This document shows, in pieces, positions 43,528 to 51,646 of a stretch of DNA of 56,209 nucleotides. The stretch's first letter is position 1. Every line of letters begins with the position of its first letter. The stretch lies in assembly GCA_043815445.1 (NCBI GenBank), contig JBDRIY010000090.1, positions 1-56,209 on the forward strand, given 5' to 3'. A program made the position numbers and the translations under genes. Source of the DNA: Candidatus Omnitrophota bacterium (GTDB lineage Bacteria > Omnitrophota > Gorgyraeia > Duberdicusellales > 4484-171). Under the pieces are notes generated by a model. It was given only the letters and a program-made list of their open reading frames with translations, searched no databases and was not told the origin of the DNA.

Positions 43528-44301
43528 ATGAAAATATATTTGAATGATAAACTTGTGGAGAAAGAAGGGGTGGAGGAGATTTTTGAACCTGGGTTTTTGT
43601 TTGGCTGGGGAGTGTTTGAGACTTTGCGGGCTTATAAGGGGAGGGTTCTTTTTTTAGGGGAGCATCTTGGCAGGCTTAGGCAGGGTTTAGGGTTTTTAGA
43701 GCTGGACTATCCTGAGATTGATTTTAAGAAAATAATAGATAATCTTTTGGTTGAGAATAATTTAAGCAATGCTTACGTGAGAATTACTGTTTATAAAAAG
43801 AGAAAATCTATCGGTGTAAGTATTTATGCTGATGAGTTTAATTACTACAAGGAAGATACTTATCAAAAAGGTTTTACGGTTGTATTTTCGCCGTTTATCC
43901 GTTACTCCCAAGATCCTTTTTTAAAGATAAAGTCCATAAGTTACGTTAAAAGCCGGTTGGCCTGGCATTTTGCCCAAAAACAAGGTAAAGACGAGGCTAT
44001 TTTTTTAAATGAGCAAGGATTCATTCAGGAAGGATCAAGAAGCAGCGTATTTTTTGTAAAAGATAACGTTGTTTTCACCCCTTGTTTAGAATGCGGCCTA
44101 CTTGAGGGTGTAACCAGAAACAAGATTATTGATATATGTAAAAAAGAGAATATTAAAATAGTAGAAGGGGAATTTAAAAAAGAAGATTTTCTTTCAGCAG
44201 ACGAATCCTTTATTACCAGTTCGTTAATGGAAGTTATGCCGATAGGATCTACAGGCGCGCTGACCAAAAAAATTCACTCCCATTATAAAAATCTTATATG
44301 A
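43528..44301 (+). CDS. class IV (fold type IV) PLP aminotransferase / ADC-lyase family
   Basis: Start trimmed to MKIYLNDKLV. EGSRSSVFFV. GLLEGVTR. Confidence 0.8.
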   Translation: MKIYLNDKLVEKEGVEEIFEPGFLFGWGVFETLRAYKGRVLFLGEHLGRLRQGLGFLELDYPEIDFKKIIDNLLVENNLSNAYVRITVYKKRKSIGVSIYADEFNYYKEDTYQKGFTVVFSPFIRYSQDPFLKIKSISYVKSRLAWHFAQKQGKDEAIFLNEQGFIQEGSRSSVFFVKDNVVFTPCLECGLLEGVTRNKIIDICKKENIKIVEGEFKKEDFLSADESFITSSLMEVMPIGSTGALTKKIHSHYKNLI

Positions 44302-45197
44302 ATAGCCCGTTATTATTTCCGGTTAGGTTAGAGAAGGAGAGGATTTTGGTTTTGGATGAGACTTTGCCGCCTTTTGAGGAGGAGTATATTGAGGTTGGCG
44401 ATTTAGATAAAGCGCTTTGGGTTTTGAGGGAGATGAAAACTCGGTCTTTGGGGCAGGTGCTTTTGTTTTTTTATTCTTGTGTTTTGTTTTCAGGTGAATT
44501 TTCTATTGAAACAATAGCTCAGAAGTTTAAAGATAACCGGCCTACTTTTGATTTTTTTATGCTGGCACATATTTTGAAATCTCAAATTGAAAAAGGATTA
44601 GGGGCTAAAGAAGCGGCAGAAAAATTTATCTTTGGTTTTGATATGCTGAGAAAAAAAAGAGCTAAAGAATTAGCTCAAATTTTGCCTAATCCGGCTGATA
44701 TCTTAACAATTTGTAATGTTAATGGCGAGCTTATTTATTTATATGAAGAGCTAAAGAAATTAGGCAAAGAAACTTGTTTTTATATTTGTGAAACCAGGCC
44801 TTATCTTCAGGGAACCCGTCTTACTTTTTGGGAGCTGAGAAAAAACAATGTTCCCTGTAAAGTGATTTGTGATAATCAGGCCGCGGTTCTTATGCAGGAG
44901 AAAAAAGTAAACTGTATTGTAACCGGTGCGGACAGGGCAACAAAAAAAGGCGATATTGTTAACAAAACCGGAACATATTCTTTGGCGCGCTTGGCAAAAC
45001 ATTTCAATATTCCCTTTTACCCCTTAACTCAGTATCCTCGGGATATTGAAGTTGATACTATTGAAATTGAACAAAGGCCCGCAGGGGAAACTTTTATGCA
45101 TTTAAAAGGTGATTATACTGGCATAGAAACGTTTTATCCGGCTTTTGACATAACCAGAGCCGAATTCGTAACCAAACCCATAGAGTTAAATCCTTAA
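44298..45197 (+). CDS. eIF-2B/MtnA-family sugar-1-phosphate isomerase (methylthioribose-1-P isomerase-like)
   Basis: ETRPYLQGTRLTFWEL. GADRATKKGDIVNKTGTY. ATGA overlap with the upstream gene. Confidence 0.7.
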   Translation: MNSPLLFPVRLEKERILVLDETLPPFEEEYIEVGDLDKALWVLREMKTRSLGQVLLFFYSCVLFSGEFSIETIAQKFKDNRPTFDFFMLAHILKSQIEKGLGAKEAAEKFIFGFDMLRKKRAKELAQILPNPADILTICNVNGELIYLYEELKKLGKETCFYICETRPYLQGTRLTFWELRKNNVPCKVICDNQAAVLMQEKKVNCIVTGADRATKKGDIVNKTGTYSLARLAKHFNIPFYPLTQYPRDIEVDTIEIEQRPAGETFMHLKGDYTGIETFYPAFDITRAEFVTKPIELNP

Positions 45198-45236
45198 AGT
45201 TACAAAACAGTTGTCAACTGTTTTGTAACTTTAAGG
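45192..45236. repeat. 45-nt near-perfect palindrome over the MtnA-like stop codon
   Basis: ccttaaagttacaaaacagttg (45192-45213), t, caactgttttgtaactttaagg (45215-45236). The arms are exact reverse complements. Confidence 0.9.
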
Positions 45237-45261
45237 GGGGTGAGAAAGTGAGAAGAGAGTA

Positions 45262-45738
45262 ATGAAGTTAGAGAAAATATACAGTACAGTATTGGTTTGG
45301 GGGGTGATTTCTCGGGAAGGGGTTGATTGTTTGAGGCAGGAGAATAAGCTGGCGGTTATTGCTGAGGGCAGGCCGTATTTAACCGGAATAAATTATAATA
45401 TCCCTTTATTGAAAAAAGAAAAAATTGATTTTATTTATTGTACGGATAATACTTTAGGACTTTTGTTTTATAAGAAAAAAATAGCTAAAACTTTTTTCTT
45501 TTATAAAGAAAAAACAGATAACGGATTAACAGGAGCTTGCGGAAGTTTATACGCGGCATTATTAAGCAAACTGCATAAGGTTGATATTGAGGTTTTTCCT
45601 CAAGGTACTGCTAATTATGAAGTTTTAGATAAAAATTCAGCTACTTTAGCAGGTAAACCTTTTATTTTGGAGGAAGATAAGAATAGTTATATAATAGATG
45701 TTAATGATGAGTTTGTTTCGTTGGAGGTGTTAGGATGA
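45262..45738 (+). CDS. short degenerate eIF-2B/MtnA-like C-terminal-domain paralog (tentative)
   Basis: AEGRPYLTGINYNIPLL..IDFIYCTDNTLG parallels ETRPYLQG...VICDNQAA of the preceding gene. Catalytic-region motifs are not conserved. Confidence 0.3.
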   Translation: MKLEKIYSTVLVWGVISREGVDCLRQENKLAVIAEGRPYLTGINYNIPLLKKEKIDFIYCTDNTLGLLFYKKKIAKTFFFYKEKTDNGLTGACGSLYAALLSKLHKVDIEVFPQGTANYEVLDKNSATLAGKPFILEEDKNSYIIDVNDEFVSLEVLG

Positions 45739-46760
45739 GTTTTCAAAAAGAAAAAAGCGAAATAATTGACTGGGCTCGGCGATTAAACCAAAAGGGTTTA
45801 GTCACCGCCAAAAGCGGGAATATTTCATATAAGCTGGATGATAAAAAAATCCTTATAACCGCTCACGACTCTTATTTGGGATATTTGGAAGATGAAGATA
45901 TTCTTTTAGCGGATTTAAAAGGAGATAATTCTCAAAATTCAGGCAAGGGGACAAGCGAACAGTTAATGCATTTAAGTATTTATAATAAGTTTGAAGATAA
46001 TAAAGTAATTTTGCACGCTCATTCGCCTTTTACTACGGCCTTTTTTCATTATTTTAAAGAGCTGGAAACATTTTCTTATGAAACTAAATTTTATTTAGGC
46101 AAAATAACCGCTCTTGAACAAAATACTCCAACCGTAACCGAGATAGAGCCATTATTGAGTGCTTTAGAAAAAAGCAATATTGTAGTTTTAAAGCATCACG
46201 GAGTAGTTGCTATGGGAAAGGATTTTAAAGAAGCTTTTAGTTTAATTGAGCTGTTGGAGGAGCAGGCAAAGGTTAACCTTTTGGTGAAAGGTAAATTTCA
46301 AATTACAAATTCCAAATTACAAACAAATGACAATTACCAAAATCCCAATATCCAAAATGAAAGCGTAAAAAAGCAAGATGTTAAAAAATACAAGATGCTT
46401 TCGGCTGAACATGCTCAGAGGCTTACGGATTTGGTTAATAGCGATTCTCAGGCTCAGGAGCTTGGGCAAAAATATGGTTTAACTTGCGATTTGGCGGTTA
46501 AGAATCAGGAAAATGGCGAGGTTATGCGTTTTTGTTATGAAAAGGGAAAAATTATAAAAACTGATACCAGTGAAGAAGCGGATTTTGTAATTATAGGCAA
46601 AGAAGATATCTTAAAAAAGGTTTTTAATAAAGAAATAGACCCTTTTGTCGCTTCTACTCAAGGTAAAGTAAAAACAAAGGGCGATTTTGCTAAAATGAGC
46701 CGTTGGTATCCGGTTATGGTGAGGACTTTTAAACTTTGGGAACAAGCGCCGGTGGAATAA
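45735..46760 (+). CDS. class II aldolase/adducin-domain protein (MtnB/Ald2/FucA-like) fused to a C-terminal SCP2 domain
   Basis: SGNISYK, SEQLMHLSIY, LHAHSP, LKHHGVVAMG. The C-terminal DFVIIGKEDILKKVFNKEIDPFVASTQGKVKTKGDFAKM is SCP2-like. Confidence 0.7.
   Translation: MSFQKEKSEIIDWARRLNQKGLVTAKSGNISYKLDDKKILITAHDSYLGYLEDEDILLADLKGDNSQNSGKGTSEQLMHLSIYNKFEDNKVILHAHSPFTTAFFHYFKELETFSYETKFYLGKITALEQNTPTVTEIEPLLSALEKSNIVVLKHHGVVAMGKDFKEAFSLIELLEEQAKVNLLVKGKFQITNSKLQTNDNYQNPNIQNESVKKQDVKKYKMLSAEHAQRLTDLVNSDSQAQELGQKYGLTCDLAVKNQENGEVMRFCYEKGKIIKTDTSEEADFVIIGKEDILKKVFNKEIDPFVASTQGKVKTKGDFAKMSRWYPVMVRTFKLWEQAPVE
46305..46353 (+). repeat. half-copy (left arm only) of the AAATTCCAAAT hairpin family, read in frame as an interdomain linker
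   Basis: acaaattccaaattacaaacaaatgacaattaccaaaatcccaatatcc compared with 18809-18857 is about 44/49 identical. Encodes ..TNSKLQTNDNYQNPNIQ.. Confidence 0.85.
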
Positions 46761-46767
46761 AAATACG

Positions 46768-46849
46768 CATAGGGCATAGTGCATGGAGCATAGGGCAAGA
46801 ATGTGAATTTTTTTATTTTTCGCTATGCCCTTTGCGCTTTGCTTGCTTG
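46768..46849. repeat. intergenic hairpin, CATRGNG 7-mer x4 plus complement
   Basis: cataggg catagtg catggag cataggg ... cgctatgccctttgcgctttgc. Confidence 0.8.
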
Positions 46850-46867
46850 TTTAAGAAAAGGAGATAA

Positions 46868-48304
46868 ATGCAAGAATACAAATATTATGTGCACGGAGAG
46901 TTTAGGGAGAGCAAAGAGAAGATTGAGGTTGTTAATCCCGCGACAGAAGAGATTTTCGCCTTGATTACTGAAACTTCAAAAGAGGATTTAGATTTTGCTT
47001 TGAGCAAGGCGAAGATTGCCGCTAAACAATGGAAACAAACTTCTTTTAAAGAAAGAGCTAAAACTTTGCGTGAAATATCTAGAGCGATAATTGATAATTT
47101 ACAGCATTTAGCTGAATTAGAAACAACTGAGATTGGAAAACCTTTGAAAGAGTCTTTATTTGTGGATGTTCCTTTGGCGGCGGATTGTTTTAACTATTAT
47201 GCTTCATTTCTTGAATCTTTGGAGGAAGAATCTTTAGAAAACGAGCTGGGGATTGACTTAATAAAATATGATTCTTTTGGCGTTGCCGGAGCCTATCTTC
47301 CTTACAACGTTCCTTTAATGATATTTGGATTTACTTGCGCGGCCGCAATCGCGGCGGGAAATGCTTTGATTATTAAGCCTTCTGAGTATGGGTCGCTTTC
47401 TATTTTGGAGCTGGCTAAATATCTTGATAAATTGGATTTGCCTAAAGGTTTAATAAATATTGTTACCGGCAGGGGCCAAACTTTAGGAAAGTATTTAGCC
47501 CAAAGCGATACCGATTTAATTTCTTTTACCGGCTCAAGGAGTACTTTAAAAAAAGTTATTGAGGCTTCAAGCGATAATCCTAAAAAAATAATCTGTGAAT
47601 TAGGCGGGTGTAATCTAGCAATAGTTTTTTCCGACTCTGACAAAGAAGAAGCTTTGCAAAATGTTTTAGGCTCAAGTTTTATGAAACAAGGGCAAATGTG
47701 TATTGGAACAAGCCTTGTCTTGGTTCAGGAAGATTCGTATAAAGATTTTGCGGATAAACTTGTTAAAGCGGCAGAATCAATAAAATTGGGCGGGCCGTTT
47801 GATTCAACCGCGGGAATGGGGCCGCTGGTAACAAAAGAGCATTTAGCAGATGTGGACAAGAAAGTAAAAGATGTTTTAGCAAAAGGCGGTAAATTATTAA
47901 CCGGCGGCAAAGCTCTTAAAACCAAAGGCTATTTTTATACGCCTACGATTATTGAAATAAAAGACGTTTTATATGAGGAGTTTTTCGCCCCGGTTATCCT
48001 TGTTAAAAGTTTTAAAGATAGAAAAGAAGCGGAAAAAATCATAGAAGATAACCCTACGGGATTAGTTACTCAAATTTGGACTAAAGATTTGGATAAAGCC
48101 AATGATTTAGCTAAAATAGCGAATTGCGGCACGGTTTGGATTAATACTTTTGTTCAGATGAATTCCCAAACTCCTTTTGGAGGCGCGGGGAAAAGCGGCT
48201 GGGGAAGAAATTTAGGAAAATTTGGTTTTTTTGAGTATATCCAGCCTAAACATATAGGGATAGGGTTTAAAAGCAGCCCGGTAAAGGGTTGGTTTGGAAT
48301 ATGA
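46868..48304 (+). CDS. NAD(P)-dependent aldehyde dehydrogenase
   Basis: ELGGCN (Glu), QGQMCIGTS (Cys), FTGSRSTLKKV, PFGGAGKSGWGR. Confidence 0.9.
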   Translation: MQEYKYYVHGEFRESKEKIEVVNPATEEIFALITETSKEDLDFALSKAKIAAKQWKQTSFKERAKTLREISRAIIDNLQHLAELETTEIGKPLKESLFVDVPLAADCFNYYASFLESLEEESLENELGIDLIKYDSFGVAGAYLPYNVPLMIFGFTCAAAIAAGNALIIKPSEYGSLSILELAKYLDKLDLPKGLINIVTGRGQTLGKYLAQSDTDLISFTGSRSTLKKVIEASSDNPKKIICELGGCNLAIVFSDSDKEEALQNVLGSSFMKQGQMCIGTSLVLVQEDSYKDFADKLVKAAESIKLGGPFDSTAGMGPLVTKEHLADVDKKVKDVLAKGGKLLTGGKALKTKGYFYTPTIIEIKDVLYEEFFAPVILVKSFKDRKEAEKIIEDNPTGLVTQIWTKDLDKANDLAKIANCGTVWINTFVQMNSQTPFGGAGKSGWGRNLGKFGFFEYIQPKHIGIGFKSSPVKGWFGI

Positions 48305-49350
48305 TTGATTTAAAGAGCTGCGGCTTAAAAGAATTAGAAATATTTTTTGAACAAAGAAAATATCCTGTTTATACCGCCGCTCAAATTTTCAGGTGGGTTT
48401 ATAAAAAAAGAATAGAAAATTTTGATTTGATGGCCAATGTATCTAAAGAAGCAAAAAGTTTTTTAAGAGATAATTTTTATTTTTCTAAGCTTTTGGTTAT
48501 AAAAAAAGAAATTTCCAGTGATAAGACGGAAAAGTTTTTATTTAAATTAAAGGACGAAGCCGCGATCGAGACGGTTTTTATTCCTGAAGAAAAAAGAAAC
48601 ACCTTATGTGTCTCTACCCAAGTTGGATGTAAATTTCAATGCCTATTTTGCGCTAGCGCCGCGCTCGGCTTTAAAAGAAATTTAGAAGTATCTGAAATTA
48701 TAGATCAATTTTTGTATGCCTGCAGTTTAGTTGAACCGGCTAAAATTACTAATATTGTTTTTATGGGTATTGGCGAGCCTTTAGATAATTTTGACAATCT
48801 AACTACGGCAATAAAGATATTAATCGATAAACAAGGAATTAATTTTAGTAGAAGCAAGATTTGCGTATCTACCTGCGGCCTGCCTTCAAAGATAAAAAAA
48901 TTGGCTGAATTAAATTTAGGCCTTAAACTCTCAGTTTCATTGCACGCGGGGGATGACAGCACTCGTCAGCGTATTATGCCGGTTAACAAGAGATACCCTT
49001 TAAAGGAATTAATCAAGGCGGTTAGGGAATTTGTAAAGCTTAGCGGCAATAAGCCGGTTACTTTTGAATATGTTTTAATCCAGGGTTTAAATACAGCTAA
49101 AGAAGACGCTTTAAAACTGGCTAAGCTGTTAAAAGGGATTAACGCTAAAATAAATTTGATTCCTTATAATAGTTTTTGTCCTGAGTTTCAAGCTCCTTTG
49201 TCCTGTGAAGTGGATAACTTTAGAAGTGAACTTAAGAAAAGAGGTATATTTTCTATTATTAGAAAGCCCCGCGGCCAAGACATCCATGCTGCTTGCGGCC
49301 AGCTCAGAGCCTCTTTAAAATCAAACACAAACCGCGCAGGCTTACTTTGA
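48301..49350 (+). CDS. rlmN: 23S rRNA/tRNA (adenine-C2)-methyltransferase RlmN (radical SAM)
   Basis: Start trimmed to MIDLKS (ATGA overlap with the ALDH stop). CKFQCLFCAS, GIGEPLDN, AACGQL. Confidence 0.9.
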   Translation: MIDLKSCGLKELEIFFEQRKYPVYTAAQIFRWVYKKRIENFDLMANVSKEAKSFLRDNFYFSKLLVIKKEISSDKTEKFLFKLKDEAAIETVFIPEEKRNTLCVSTQVGCKFQCLFCASAALGFKRNLEVSEIIDQFLYACSLVEPAKITNIVFMGIGEPLDNFDNLTTAIKILIDKQGINFSRSKICVSTCGLPSKIKKLAELNLGLKLSVSLHAGDDSTRQRIMPVNKRYPLKELIKAVREFVKLSGNKPVTFEYVLIQGLNTAKEDALKLAKLLKGINAKINLIPYNSFCPEFQAPLSCEVDNFRSELKKRGIFSIIRKPRGQDIHAACGQLRASLKSNTNRAGLL

Positions 49351-49382
49351 ATAGGCCTAAACGGTTGTGAAAAAGGAGTGAG

Positions 49383-50393
49383 ATGAAAAAAGAAGTTTAT
49401 AAGTTACCTGTTGAGTTTTTAAGCAAGTTAAAGAAGATTTATCCTTTAGATTATAGCAGTATAGTTAATACTTTTTTAGTTAAGAAGAATAGCGCTTTTA
49501 GGATAAATTATTTAAAAACTGATTTATCCAGTTTACGAAATGATTTAAGAAATCAAAGGGTAAAATTTAAAGAATTCACCTTTCCTAAAGGGAGTTTCTT
49601 GCTGAACACTCCTTTACGGGAATTTCAAAAAACTGAGGTTTACCGTAAAGGGCTAGTTTATGTTCAGAATTTATCAAGTATGTTAGTGCCTTTGGTTCTT
49701 GCTCCTCAGGATGGAGATTTGATTCTTGATTTATGCGCTGCTCCCGGAGCAAAGACAACTCAAATTGTTTCTTTAGCTCCCCAAGTCAGAATTACTGCCA
49801 TAGAAAAGAACCGCGGCCGTTACTATAAGCTTTTAGCTAATTTGAAAATTCAAGGAGTTAAGCTGATTGATACTATTGAAAGTGAACTGTCAGAGACGGA
49901 TGTGCCTGCGGCGCGGGCCTCTAACGGGGTTGAGGTTTTTATTTTAGACAGTATTTGGGTCAGAAAGAAATTTCCTGAGTGTTTTGACAAAATTTTGGCT
50001 GATGTTCCTTGTTCGGCTGAGGGGCGTTTTTTGATTAATGATCCTAAAACTTTTAAGTATTGGAAGCAGAGAAAAGTTAAAGAAATGGTTCATAAACAAA
50101 AGAAGCTTTTACATTCCGCCTTTTTTGCTTTAAAGCAAGGAGGAATTTTGGTATATTCTACTTGCACTTTTTCACCTGAAGAAAATGAAGGAGTGATTGA
50201 TTGGTTTATTGACAAGTTTAAAAATAAAGTAGAAATTCTGCCTATAAAAATTCCTTTAAGTAATGTTAGGCAAGGCCTGGCACATTGGGAAGGAAAAAAG
50301 TATTCGAGCTTCTTACAAATGGCTAAAAGGATTATTCCTACTGATGCTATGGAAGGTTTCTTTATGGTTAAATTGAGAAAAACCGCGTTTTAA
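49383..50393 (+). CDS. NOL1/NOP2/Sun (RsmB/RsmF-like) RNA m5C methyltransferase
   Basis: LDLCAAPGAKTTQI, DVPCSAEGRF, YSTCTFSPEENE. Confidence 0.8.
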   Translation: MKKEVYKLPVEFLSKLKKIYPLDYSSIVNTFLVKKNSAFRINYLKTDLSSLRNDLRNQRVKFKEFTFPKGSFLLNTPLREFQKTEVYRKGLVYVQNLSSMLVPLVLAPQDGDLILDLCAAPGAKTTQIVSLAPQVRITAIEKNRGRYYKLLANLKIQGVKLIDTIESELSETDVPAARASNGVEVFILDSIWVRKKFPECFDKILADVPCSAEGRFLINDPKTFKYWKQRKVKEMVHKQKKLLHSAFFALKQGGILVYSTCTFSPEENEGVIDWFIDKFKNKVEILPIKIPLSNVRQGLAHWEGKKYSSFLQMAKRIIPTDAMEGFFMVKLRKTAF

Positions 50394-50406
50394 ACAAAGC
50401 CTTAAA

Positions 50407-50445
50407 TAAAAAAAGCGCGTTGTTAATAACAACGCGCTTTTTTTA
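50407..50445. terminator. bidirectional intrinsic terminator between convergent genes
   Basis: A7, agcgcgttgtt aat aacaacgcgct, T7. Confidence 0.85.
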
Positions 50446-50462
50446 TCAGACAGAATTTTTAA

Positions 50463-50729
50463 TTAAAGAATAGCCTTTAAATCTTTAGAAGCTCTGAAAG
50501 CTATTTTTTTCTTTGCCGGAATTTGAATTGTTTCCCCAGTTTTTGGGTTTCTTCCAGCTCTTGCCTTTGTTTGTTTTACTCTAAAAGTGCCAAAACCTGA
50601 AATAGTAACATCTTCTTCCTTCTTAAGGCTATTTTTGATTGAATCCCAAATAGTTTCTACTGCTGTTTGAGCTTCTTTCTTTGTAGCTGTGTTTGCTGCT
50701 ACCGCATCGATCAATTGAGCCTTATTCAT
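50463..50729 (-). CDS. hup: DNA-binding protein HU
   Basis: Start trimmed to MNKAQLIDAVA behind GGAGG. GFGTFRV..RAGRNPKTGETIQIPA. Confidence 0.9.
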   Translation of the reverse strand: MNKAQLIDAVAANTATKKEAQTAVETIWDSIKNSLKKEEDVTISGFGTFRVKQTKARAGRNPKTGETIQIPAKKKIAFRASKDLKAIL

Positions 50730-50958
50730 CCGAACACCTCCTGTTAAAAAAGTTAATATTTTCAACTACTTTTACTATTTTATAACTTAGGCGAATGTTG
50801 TCAAGCTCTTTAAATAAGATTTCTAAAAAGCCTAAAAACAAGGTTTTAGCGCTTCATCTAAAATTCGATGGCTTTTTAGTAGGTTGAGTGGTATAATTAT
50901 TTTTTAAAATGAGCTAATTAGCCCTATAGTTGAGGGCTTTCATAGTAAAAGAGTTTAT

Positions 50959-51543
50959 ATGAAGATGGTTGTTCAGAGAGAAAAAAGAGAATTAAGGCAT
51001 AAATTACTGCAGCGCCTTTTATCCTTGACTCAAAAAGAGTTAAAAAGGAGGAGTGCAAATGTTGAAGAACGATTACTTAGCTTACCTATATATAAACAGG
51101 CAAAAACAGTTACGGGGTATTATCCTTTAAAAGGAGAAGTAGATATTTTAGGAGTGATTAGGAAGGCAATAGGCAATAATAAGCGGGTTTGTTTTCCGGT
51201 AATGGATTTAAAAACAAAGGAACTCAGGGCTTTTGAAGTTTCTAACCTGGATAAAGATTTTGTTTTAGGGCCCTGGGGAGTTAAAGAACCGGATACAAAT
51301 AGAGTTAGAGAGGTAGATATTAAAAAGATAGATATGGTAATTGTTCCCGGCCTTGCTTTTGATCGGAAAAAGAATCGGTTAGGCAGGGGCGCTGGTTTTT
51401 ATGACCGCTTTTTAAAAAAGCTATCTCCCTCTGTTAAAAAAGCAGGGGTTGGATTTGAATTCCAAATCTTAGAAAGCCTTCCTATTCACCTACCATCTGA
51501 TCAAAAAGTCGACATCGTTGTGAGCGAAAATTCAGTTATTTAA
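50959..51543 (+). CDS. 5-formyltetrahydrofolate cyclo-ligase
   Basis: VPGLAFDRKKNRLGRGAGFYDRFL. Family-typical length. Confidence 0.85.
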   Translation: MKMVVQREKRELRHKLLQRLLSLTQKELKRRSANVEERLLSLPIYKQAKTVTGYYPLKGEVDILGVIRKAIGNNKRVCFPVMDLKTKELRAFEVSNLDKDFVLGPWGVKEPDTNRVREVDIKKIDMVIVPGLAFDRKKNRLGRGAGFYDRFLKKLSPSVKKAGVGFEFQILESLPIHLPSDQKVDIVVSENSVI

Positions 51544-51552
51544 ACTAAAGGC

Positions 51553-51622
51553 GATCACAGACAAAAATCAAAGATAGTTATAAATAAAAATATTTGTGAT
51601 TATCTGTTTTTAATCTGTGATC
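51553..51622. repeat. intergenic hairpin, GATCACAG / CTGTGATC words
   Basis: gatcacaga (51553-51561) is the exact complement of tctgtgatc (51614-51622). The inner arms are partly complementary. Confidence 0.8.
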
Positions 51623-51646
51623 ATCTGCGCGTAAAAGGGGGATATT

